DNA of 32,000 nucleotides from NCBI GenBank assembly GCA_964480775.1, contig CAYZRF010000016.1:8929-40928 (forward strand), given 5' to 3'. A program made the translations under genes and the position numbers. This DNA comes from an uncultured Nitrososphaerota archaeon (GTDB lineage Archaea > Korarchaeota > Korarchaeia > Korarchaeales > Korarchaeaceae). Each line of letters starts with the position of its first letter. Positions within the stretch are counted from its first letter, which is position 1. Under the pieces are notes generated by a model. The model saw only the letters and a program-made list of their open reading frames with translations. It was not told where the DNA came from and made no database searches. Shown in pieces: positions 17,434 to 24,897 of the stretch.

Positions 17434-18609
17434 TTAAAGGGTAAAGTCTTCTGCAACCTCGCATTTTACCGTCCTAATCAGTATTCCCTCGTCTCTAAGC
17501 ATCTTGACTATTTCTCTAAAGGTTTCTTTCCTTGTGCCAAGCTCCTCCGTAGTCACCATACCTGCGTCCTTTATCTTGCCTGAAGCTATTAAGCGAGCTA
17601 CTATGGAAGCTGTGTAGGCTGTTGTTCTACCCATGGCAGTTACTTTTTTCTCCCTATCGTAAAAATCAACGAGCTCGAATACTTGTCGTTCTTCTTTTTC
17701 TTCCCCTTCAACTACCACCTTCAGGATCATTAGATCCTCTTCGTCTCCGAGCCTGAGCTTTGGCCCTAAAATCGCGTTTACAAATTCTCTTGGCGTCATT
17801 TCCACTCCTTTGAATTTAATGGGTTCCTTACTAAGCAGTCCACATTCAATCAAGCCCTTTACTCTTTCAATGTGCCCAGGATACCTTAAAGTCTTCTCAA
17901 ACATGTCTTTTATGCCCTTAAAACGCTTATCCTCCATAAAAGTGAAGGTTAGGCTTGCGAGACCATCCGTGAGGAAAGCCTCTAGCTCACCAACACCATC
18001 TACATATACTGACTCAATCTCTGTTAAGGGTTCAACTTCTTGCAACTTGCCATCCTTTATCAATCTCACCTTTCTTGTGTAGACATTCCACACACTGTTA
18101 ATGTGAAAGAGAATTTTATAATAGAGAGGGGGCTTTGGAACCCTTGGTAAGCCTCCACAGTAAATCTTGACACTTCTTGCGTTCTTAACGTTGACTACAC
18201 CATATCCAGCAAGCATGTTGCCTATGCCTGGGTCTACACCGCATCCAGTAATCATCGTAACTCCCATTTCTTTTGCCCTACTTCTCAATTTCATCTGGTC
18301 TCTCTCAAATGCCATGTCGACGATGTTGACTCCTGCCTCTATCTCTACTTTAATAGCTGGAACGCTGACTTCATGTGGAACTGCATTTATGACGACGTCA
18401 AAGTGGTTTTCCTTAAAGTACTTAGTGGCCTCATCTTGATTCAGGATATTAATTAATACCGTCTCCAGCCCTGGATCTTTGACGTATTCCTTGCAGTATT
18501 TCAGACTCTTCTCATCATTTGATCCCACAGTGACTTCCATACCTTTTTCAACTAAGTACTTGGCTGCTACCGACCCCATTAGTCCCGACCCAAGAATGAA
18601 AAACCTCAT
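17434..18609 (-). CDS. Saccharopine dehydrogenase family NAD(P)-dependent oxidoreductase
   Basis: 391 aa. N-terminal Rossmann motif FILGSGLMGSVAAKYL, then TGCGVDPGIGNMLAGY and a C-terminal domain layout typical of the saccharopine / carboxynorspermidine / lysine dehydrogenase family. Confidence 0.75.
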   Translation of the reverse strand: MRFFILGSGLMGSVAAKYLVEKGMEVTVGSNDEKSLKYCKEYVKDPGLETVLINILNQDEATKYFKENHFDVVINAVPHEVSVPAIKVEIEAGVNIVDMAFERDQMKLRSRAKEMGVTMITGCGVDPGIGNMLAGYGVVNVKNARSVKIYCGGLPRVPKPPLYYKILFHINSVWNVYTRKVRLIKDGKLQEVEPLTEIESVYVDGVGELEAFLTDGLASLTFTFMEDKRFKGIKDMFEKTLRYPGHIERVKGLIECGLLSKEPIKFKGVEMTPREFVNAILGPKLRLGDEEDLMILKVVVEGEEKEERQVFELVDFYDREKKVTAMGRTTAYTASIVARLIASGKIKDAGMVTTEELGTRKETFREIVKMLRDEGILIRTVKCEVAEDFTL

Positions 18610-19100
18610 ACGACACGCCTAAGGCTTTTATAAGGTAAAAAATAAAAAATTACAGCTAGAAATAATCAGCAAAACTGTTTGACAAAACGCTATTTGTTAT
18701 CTTAATAAACTAAAATTGGCGTAACAATGTTAATGGTGCTTTTTCTGCTCATTATATTATAAAAAGATTTATCTAATGTCGAAGCTTGGATAGAAAAAGA
18801 GAAAAAACAGAATTTCACTTTATGATTTCAAAAGGAAAGTTCACTCTTTGTTATCCTTGAATCAACGAAAGTGCATACGTTTTCTGAAAGATCATGGAGC
18901 TGAAGTTATTTTGATTGTGTTAATGTTAAACAAAACTTCGTGGTCGAGTGTGTTTAACCAAAAGGGCTAGGTCCATGTGATAATGGCTTTTTTGAAGCGT
19001 ATAGTCAAGTTAAATTTCTTTTATCCAATCTACGATTTTTTCATAATAAAGTAAGGACGATTTTTAATGGAAGAAAAAGTAATAAAGAAGGTCTCTGTAA
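18610..19100. other. Long AT-rich non-coding region (divergent promoter region)
   Basis: About 490 bp with no ORF of 60 aa or more on either strand, against typical spacers of 0-180 bp elsewhere in the window. Contains the inverted repeat GTTAAACA (18925-18932) / TGTTTAAC (18951-18958), tandem TGTTAA x2 (18918-18929), the palindrome TAACAaTGTTA (18722-18732), and TTCACT direct repeats (18814-18819, 18840-18845). Confidence 0.6.
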
Positions 19101-20894
19101 TTGTTCCCACTTAGAAACTCTAAGGTGAGGAGCATATTGAGATGCATTAAAAAAAATTGTAGAATAATCTTGACCGCTCTTCTATCTGTTCTTATAATCT
19201 TTCCAGCAATTAGCACATTAAAGGAGACTCAAGCCCAAAATGAGGTCGTAGTTCATCTAAACCTAAAGTTCGATATGGACACCCTTAATCCATTTGTTTA
19301 TAGCTCCTACACAGCTGGTACTGTGCTAAGGAAAATATACGAGTCCATGTTCATCATGTCAAGAAACGGTTCTTACATACCTTGGCTTGCAGAGAGGTGG
19401 GAGATCTCTGAGGATGCTAAAACTTATACCTTCTACTTAAGGAAAGGCATTAAGTGGCACGATGGTCATCCCTTCACTTCGGCGGATGTAGCTTATACAT
19501 TCCAGCTTTGTATAGACTACAACTTCCATCCGGAGGTCACGAAAAACATTGTGAAGATCGAAACTCCGGATGAATATACAGTAAGATTCACCTTGAATGA
19601 AAGCTTGGTCACCTTCATTTGGCGTGCAGGTACCCTAATGATAGCTCCTAAGCACATATGGGAGAAGATAGAAGAACCAGATAAGTACGATAATCCAAAC
19701 CCGATAGGAACTGGTCCTTTCAAGTTTGTTGAGTGGGTTACAGAGCAGCACGTAATTTTAGAGAAGAACCCAGACTACTGGCAGGAAGGCAAGCCACATA
19801 TAGACAAGATCGTATACCATGTGATGCCAAATGTAGAAGCAGCAATTATGGCTCTAAAGGCTGGAGAGCTTGATGTAGTTGAGAACGTCATGCCAAATAT
19901 GCTTGGAGCATTAGTGGGAATACCAAACGTTTCCGTGTACATGTCTCCTGTGATAAACAACAGATGGCTTGGTTTCAACCTGAGAAGGTATCCCATGAAT
20001 TTACGTTTATTCAGAAAGGCCGTAAGCATTGCTATAGATAAAAAAGCAATCTTGTCCGATGTTCTGTATAACGTGGGCTTCTTAGGTTCCGACGGCTTCG
20101 TCATGCCCGTGCTGAAGTATTGGTATAATCCCAAAGCAGCGTGGAAAGGAGCAAATATGACAGACGAGGAGAGAATTGCTTTAGCCAACCAGTGGTTAGA
20201 TGCAATTGGCTCAACGGTAGGCGAAGATGGAGTAAGGGTCATGCCCAATGGAACTAGGCTCGAGTTTGACCTTCTTACTTTGGGAGACTACCCGACATTT
20301 GTTAGAAGTGCAGAAATAATAAAAGAAAGCTTAGAAAAGGTTGGAATAAAGATAAACGTCGTTCCTCTCGAGACTGGAACGGTCATAGATATGGTGTATT
20401 ACTCGAACTTTGACTTCGACATGTTTATGATGGGTTGCTCATACGCACCAGACCCAGATTTCTTATGGCTTGAGTTCTATGCAAGTCCACCAAATCCTGC
20501 TTGGGAGGCAGAGTGCGAAAATTACAAGAATGAGACGCTAGACTACTATCTTGATCTTCAGAGGAAAACTGCTGACATGGAGAAACGCAGGGAGTACATA
20601 TTCAAGTGCCAAGAAATATTGGCCGACGATGTTCCAGTCGTTGTGTTATGGCACAAGACCTATATAGATGCCTACAGGACTGACAGGTTCACTGGCTGGA
20701 TACCAGAAGAGGGAATAATGGGAATCTTGACATTGATAAACTTAGAACCAATCAAACCTCCTGAGACCCCGGCTCCAACAAGCCCAACGCCCACTCCAGC
20801 TCCAGCCAAAGTTCCAGGATGGGTCTACGGTGTAGTAATCGTAGCTGCCATTGCGGTCATCGCTTCCTTAGCCTATGCCTTCTCGAAGAAGTAA
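19101..20894 (+). CDS. Peptide ABC transporter substrate-binding protein, family 5 (OppA/DppA-like), with C-terminal Pro/Thr linker and TM anchor
   Basis: 597 aa. Family-5 motifs YTFYLRKGIKWHDGHPFTSADVAYTF and GTGPFKFVEWVTEQHVILEKNPDYW. C-terminal PPETPAPTSPTPTPAPAKVPG is followed by the hydrophobic helix WVYGVVIVAAIAVIASLAYAF. The start is ambiguous: the TTG at 19137, 4 nt after GGTGAGGAG (19124-19132), would give a cleaner signal peptide (RCIKKNCRIILTALLSVLIIF). Confidence 0.8.
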   Translation: MFPLRNSKVRSILRCIKKNCRIILTALLSVLIIFPAISTLKETQAQNEVVVHLNLKFDMDTLNPFVYSSYTAGTVLRKIYESMFIMSRNGSYIPWLAERWEISEDAKTYTFYLRKGIKWHDGHPFTSADVAYTFQLCIDYNFHPEVTKNIVKIETPDEYTVRFTLNESLVTFIWRAGTLMIAPKHIWEKIEEPDKYDNPNPIGTGPFKFVEWVTEQHVILEKNPDYWQEGKPHIDKIVYHVMPNVEAAIMALKAGELDVVENVMPNMLGALVGIPNVSVYMSPVINNRWLGFNLRRYPMNLRLFRKAVSIAIDKKAILSDVLYNVGFLGSDGFVMPVLKYWYNPKAAWKGANMTDEERIALANQWLDAIGSTVGEDGVRVMPNGTRLEFDLLTLGDYPTFVRSAEIIKESLEKVGIKINVVPLETGTVIDMVYYSNFDFDMFMMGCSYAPDPDFLWLEFYASPPNPAWEAECENYKNETLDYYLDLQRKTADMEKRREYIFKCQEILADDVPVVVLWHKTYIDAYRTDRFTGWIPEEGIMGILTLINLEPIKPPETPAPTSPTPTPAPAKVPGWVYGVVIVAAIAVIASLAYAFSKK

Positions 20895-20925
20895 GGAAGG
20901 TTTTTCCCTTCCCTTCTCTTTTTTT
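20895..20925 (+). terminator. Hairpin plus polypyrimidine/oligo-T attenuator between the binding-protein and permease genes
   Basis: GGAAGG (20895-20900) pairs with CCTTCC (20907-20912) over a 6-nt loop. Positions 20901-20925 form an uninterrupted 25-nt pyrimidine tract ending in T7 (20919-20925). The permease RBS GAGGTGGTGA follows immediately. Confidence 0.4.
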
Positions 20926-20939
20926 GAGGTGGTGATTGT

Positions 20940-21914
20940 TTGGAGTTTCGGGAATACGTAATTAAAAAATCAATTTTTAGTTTGATTACGTTTCTATTCG
21001 TTTTGATCTTCAATTTTGCCCTTCCAAGAATGATGCCAGGAGATCCCCTTTCTCATTTCATGAGTTCTGCCAGGCTTACCCCGGAAATGCAGGAGATGGT
21101 GATAAAGAGATTTGGTCTAGATAGACCCCTTTGGGATCAGTTTAAGATCTACATTAGGAATGTATTTAGGGGAGATTTTGGCGTTTCTTATTCATTCTAT
21201 CCTCAGACTGTTATGGAAGTAATAATGAAGAGATTGCCATGGACCCTGGCCCTTCTACTAATCTCAACCACAATTTCCACAATTCTTGGTGTTTTGACTG
21301 GGATAGTCGCTGCTTGGAAGAGGGGTAGCAAACTCGATGTGGGAATCCTTCTCTTTTCCCTAACTTTCTGGTCGATGCCTTACTATTGGTGGGCAATGAT
21401 GCTTCTGTTAATTTTTGGTTTGCATTTAGGATGGTTCCCGCTCGGCGGAGCGATGACAGCTGGCTTATCCCATCCTACCTTTTTCAGTTTCTTAAAAGAT
21501 TATCTCAGACATGCTGCACTTCCCATCTTTGCGTTAGTAGTAGCGAGCTATGCGAGTAGGACTCTCATAATGAGAAACACCATGATAACAGTATTAGGCG
21601 AAGATTACATTTTGGTAGCTGAGGCAAAGGGTCTGCCTGAAAAGAGAATAATGTTTAGTCATGCAGCTAGAAACGCGATGTTGCCCATTATAACCATGAT
21701 TGCCCTTAATTTTGCATTTATAGTTGGGGGCGCCGTTTTCACTGAGACGGTTTTTTCGTATCCTGGTGTTGGGAGAGCAATATATCAAGCAATACTCCAC
21801 AGAGACTATCCTTTACTGCAAGGCGCGTTTTTCATACTTTCAATCACGGTTATACTGGCCAATTTCATAGCAGATCTACTTTATGCCAAATTGGACCCGA
21901 GAATTAAGTATTAG
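20940..21914 (+). CDS. Peptide ABC transporter permease (OppB/DppB type)
   Basis: 324 aa. TTG start after GAGGTGGTGA. N-terminal LPRMMPGDPL motif and the conserved loop EDYILVAEAKGLPEKRIMFSHAARNAMLPIIT, typical of OppB/DppB. Confidence 0.85.
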   Translation: MEFREYVIKKSIFSLITFLFVLIFNFALPRMMPGDPLSHFMSSARLTPEMQEMVIKRFGLDRPLWDQFKIYIRNVFRGDFGVSYSFYPQTVMEVIMKRLPWTLALLLISTTISTILGVLTGIVAAWKRGSKLDVGILLFSLTFWSMPYYWWAMMLLLIFGLHLGWFPLGGAMTAGLSHPTFFSFLKDYLRHAALPIFALVVASYASRTLIMRNTMITVLGEDYILVAEAKGLPEKRIMFSHAARNAMLPIITMIALNFAFIVGGAVFTETVFSYPGVGRAIYQAILHRDYPLLQGAFFILSITVILANFIADLLYAKLDPRIKY

Positions 21915-21926
21915 GAAGGGAGGACC

Positions 21927-22853
21927 ATGAGCCTCGTTTCTACCCAATTGAAGAAGGCAGAAAGCATGGAGATAAGCCCCTTTAAGGAAAAGCTACATCT
22001 TTTTGGGAGATCCATCAAGGAATTTTGGAACCTTTATAGGAGGAGTAAAATAGGGTTGATAGGCCTCGGAATGCTTCTATTCTTTGTAGTAGTTGCACTG
22101 ACGGCCCCTCTAATATCCCCTTATGACCCTTGGCAAAGAAAAACAGGAGAACCGTTCTCAGGGCCAAGTAAAGAGCATCCATTAGGGACAGATGACATGG
22201 GAAGGGACATCTTAAGCCAAATAATTTGGGGAACAAGGATATCCTTGCTTGTTGGTTTCATTGCATCTCTGAGTGCAACGTTAATTGGCGTAACGGTGGG
22301 CATGATCTCAGGATATTTCGGCGGGACCATAGATAACATTCTAATGGGGCTCACAGACATAATCTTGATACTCCCAACGATTCCTTTAATGATTGTAATC
22401 GCAGCATATCTCGGCCAAAGCATATGGAACTTAGCTTTAGTTATTGCAATAGTGAGTTGGCCCAGCACAGCAAGAATAGTGAGGTCCCAAACTCTCTCCT
22501 TGAAAGAAGAGGCTTTCGTTGAAGCTGCAAGGTCCATAGGTGCTGGACACATACGAATAATCGTAAGCCACATCCTACCTAACGTGCTCCCCATAATACT
22601 AGCTAACACCGTTCTCATGATAGTAGGTGCTATAATCTCTGAAGCTGGCCTGAGCTTCCTTGGACTAGGTGATCCAACCCACCAGAGCTGGGGGATGATT
22701 CTTTACTATGCTCAGGTTGCAGGAGGTTTCATAAGGGGTGCTTGGTGGTGGATTGTGACGCCTGGAGTATGCATAACGCTGGTTGGGGTTAGCCTTACTT
22801 TCATCGGATACGCTCTCGACGAGATAATTAATCCAAGATTAAGACAGAGGTGA
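21927..22853 (+). CDS. Peptide ABC transporter permease (OppC/DppC type)
   Basis: 308 aa. HPLGTDDMGRDILSQIIWG and EEAFVEAARSIGAGHIRIIVSHILPNVLP are canonical OppC/DppC motifs. GGAGG precedes the ATG. Confidence 0.85.
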   Translation: MSLVSTQLKKAESMEISPFKEKLHLFGRSIKEFWNLYRRSKIGLIGLGMLLFFVVVALTAPLISPYDPWQRKTGEPFSGPSKEHPLGTDDMGRDILSQIIWGTRISLLVGFIASLSATLIGVTVGMISGYFGGTIDNILMGLTDIILILPTIPLMIVIAAYLGQSIWNLALVIAIVSWPSTARIVRSQTLSLKEEAFVEAARSIGAGHIRIIVSHILPNVLPIILANTVLMIVGAIISEAGLSFLGLGDPTHQSWGMILYYAQVAGGFIRGAWWWIVTPGVCITLVGVSLTFIGYALDEIINPRLRQR

Positions 22854-23815
22854 AGAACTTGTCATTACTTGAAGTTAACAACTTGAAGACCTACTTCTAC
22901 ACTCTTAGAGGAGTTGTAAGGGCTGTTGATGGGATTAGCTTCCACATAGATGAAGGTATGGCTTTTGGTCTTGCAGGTGAGTCTGGATGCGGTAAATCTA
23001 CAACAGCTCTGTCAATAATGGGCCTAATAAAAGATCCTGGAAAGATTGTGGATGGAGAAATAGTCTTTGAGGGGGAGGATCTTCTAAAAAAGACAAAAGA
23101 GGAGCTAAATCAAATAAGATGGAAGAGAATATCCATGATATTTCAAGGAGCGATGAATGCATTTAATCCAGTGCACAGGGTTGGAGATCAGATAGTAGAA
23201 GCAATACTATATCATGAGAACATCACAAGAGAGGAAGCATGGGAGAAGGCTGAAAAACTCCTTGAGATGGTGGGTATAGATCCCTCTCGAGCCAAGAATT
23301 ATCCTCACGAGTTTAGTGGCGGAATGAAGCAAAGAGCGATGATAGCCATGGCCCTAAGTTGCAATCCAAAACTTGTCATAGCTGATGAGCCCACTACAGC
23401 CTTAGACGTGATAGTTCAAAAGCAGGTGCTCGATCTCATGAAGGAATTACAGAAGAAGCTAAAACTTTCAATAATGCTGATAAGCCACGATTTATCGGTA
23501 ATTGCTCAAATGTGCGATTCGGTTGCCATCATGTACGCTGGAAAAATTGTGGAGTACGCAGATGCTATATCTCTTTTCAAAGAACCCCAACATCCGTATA
23601 GCAAGGGCCTAATTAACTCATTTCCAAACATCCTTAACCCAGGGAAGAAACCTGAAAGCATTCCAGGGCAGCCACCTTCTCTTATCAACCCGCCCCCTGG
23701 CTGTAGATTTCACCCAAGATGCCCCTTTGCAACAGATAAGTGCAGAGAAGTCGAGCCTCACCTAGTTAACATCGGAAACAAGCATTTTGTTGCATGTCAT
23801 TTGATAGGTGGTTAA
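22850..23815 (+). CDS. Peptide ABC transporter ATP-binding protein (OppD/DppD type) with C-terminal Cys-rich oligopeptide-ATPase domain
   Basis: 321 aa. GTG start overlaps the upstream stop (GTGA). Walker A GESGCGKST, signature FSGGMKQRAMIA, Walker B LVIADEPTTALD, C-terminal HPYSKGL...PPGCRFHPRCPFATDKC...FVACH. Confidence 0.9.
   Translation: MKNLSLLEVNNLKTYFYTLRGVVRAVDGISFHIDEGMAFGLAGESGCGKSTTALSIMGLIKDPGKIVDGEIVFEGEDLLKKTKEELNQIRWKRISMIFQGAMNAFNPVHRVGDQIVEAILYHENITREEAWEKAEKLLEMVGIDPSRAKNYPHEFSGGMKQRAMIAMALSCNPKLVIADEPTTALDVIVQKQVLDLMKELQKKLKLSIMLISHDLSVIAQMCDSVAIMYAGKIVEYADAISLFKEPQHPYSKGLINSFPNILNPGKKPESIPGQPPSLINPPPGCRFHPRCPFATDKCREVEPHLVNIGNKHFVACHLIGG
23684..23754 (+). repeat. Copy 1 of a 71-nt perfectly identical segment shared by the two Opp ATPase genes
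   Basis: ATCAACCCGCCCCCTGGCTGTAGATTTCACCCAAGATGCCCCTTTGCAACAGATAAGTGCAGAGAAGTCGA is identical at 23684-23754 and 24675-24745. It encodes INPPPGCRFHPRCPFATDKCREVE. Flanking conserved residues (e.g. HFVACHL) differ at synonymous sites. Confidence 0.95.
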
Positions 23816-24806
23816 AATGGATCCTCTCATAAGAGTTGAAGGCCTCAAAAAGCTCTTTCCAGTGAGAAAGGGATTACTTTCGATGATATTTTCCAGAAAG
23901 GCCGAGTATGTACATGCTGTCGACGGAGTGAGCTTCACAATCTCTAAAGGAGAGATCTTCGGGCTAGCAGGTGAGTCTGGATGCGGCAAGACGACAACTG
24001 GAAGGCTCCTTCTAAGGCTTGTAGAGCCAACCGAAGGGAGTGTCTACTTTGAGGGGGAAGATATTTTCTCTCTAAGTGGCAGAGAGTTGATGAGGAAGAG
24101 AAGAGAGATGCAGATGATATTTCAAGATCCTTACAAATCTTTAGACCCAAAGAAGACAGTAAAAGACATCATAAATGAACCCCTTTCTATCCATAAAATC
24201 GGAAAAAATAGAAGGGAAAAACTGGAAATTATATATGAGATGCTAGAAGCCGTGAAACTAACGCCACCAGAGGACTATATTTTCAAATACCCCCACGAAC
24301 TAAGTGGAGGAGAGAGGCAGAGGGTTGCAATTGCTAGAGCAATCATACTCAAGCCCAAGTTTATTGTGGCCGACGAGCCTGTTTCAATGCTTGATGTATC
24401 GATAAGGGCCTCCATTTTGGATTTAATGGTCGAATTAAAGGATAAGTTCAACCTTACATATTTGTACATAACACACGATCTATCCGTAGCAAGTTATTTG
24501 TGCAACAAGCTGGCAATAATGTATCTCGGAAAATTGGTTGAGCTTGGAAATACCTTAGATCTGGTAAAAGACCCTCTTCATCCTTACACCAAAATGTTGA
24601 TCTCGGCTGTTCCAGTACCCGATCCGACTTACAAGAGAGAAGGGATTAAGATAAGAGGAGAAGTAGGAAATCCGATCAACCCGCCCCCTGGCTGTAGATT
24701 TCACCCAAGATGCCCCTTTGCAACAGATAAGTGCAGAGAAGTCGAACCTGATTTTAATGAGGTAAAGGATGGGCATTTCGTAGCCTGTCATTTATTTCAA
24801 AGCTGA
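23808..24806 (+). CDS. Peptide ABC transporter ATP-binding protein (OppF/DppF type) with C-terminal Cys-rich domain
   Basis: 332 aa from GTG 23808. The more likely start is ATG 23817 (MDPLIRVEGLKK), 5 nt after GGTGG (23807-23811). Walker A GESGCGKTT, signature LSGGERQRVAIA, Walker B FIVADEPVSMLD, C-terminal HPYTKML...PPGCRFHPRCPFATDKC...FVACH. Confidence 0.9.
   Translation: MVKMDPLIRVEGLKKLFPVRKGLLSMIFSRKAEYVHAVDGVSFTISKGEIFGLAGESGCGKTTTGRLLLRLVEPTEGSVYFEGEDIFSLSGRELMRKRREMQMIFQDPYKSLDPKKTVKDIINEPLSIHKIGKNRREKLEIIYEMLEAVKLTPPEDYIFKYPHELSGGERQRVAIARAIILKPKFIVADEPVSMLDVSIRASILDLMVELKDKFNLTYLYITHDLSVASYLCNKLAIMYLGKLVELGNTLDLVKDPLHPYTKMLISAVPVPDPTYKREGIKIRGEVGNPINPPPGCRFHPRCPFATDKCREVEPDFNEVKDGHFVACHLFQS
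24675..24745 (+). repeat. Copy 2 of the 71-nt identical segment
   Basis: See copy 1. The first mismatch falls at 24746 (A, against G at 23755). Confidence 0.95.
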
Positions 24807-24869
24807 TTCGTGGATTTTATCTGAAGAAACCAACTGTTACAAGGATAAACTCACATAACTTAGAGGAAG

Positions 24870-24882
24870 AAATAATTAATTA
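24870..24882 (+). promoter_or_regulatory. TATA-like box for the aminotransferase operon
   Basis: AAATAATTAATTA is centred about 25 nt upstream of ATG 24901, which fits a leaderless archaeal transcript. It lies in the 91-nt gap after the Opp operon. Confidence 0.3.
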
Positions 24883-24897
24883 TCAGAGTTTTCAGAT

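Noticed and set aside
22973-22992. 20-nt identity between the Walker A regions of the two Opp ATPase genes (also at 23967-23986), considered as a separate repeat element.
   Set aside because: It encodes the highly conserved AGESGCG motif and is short enough to arise from shared codon bias. I mention it only as supporting context for the 71-nt block, not as an independent feature.
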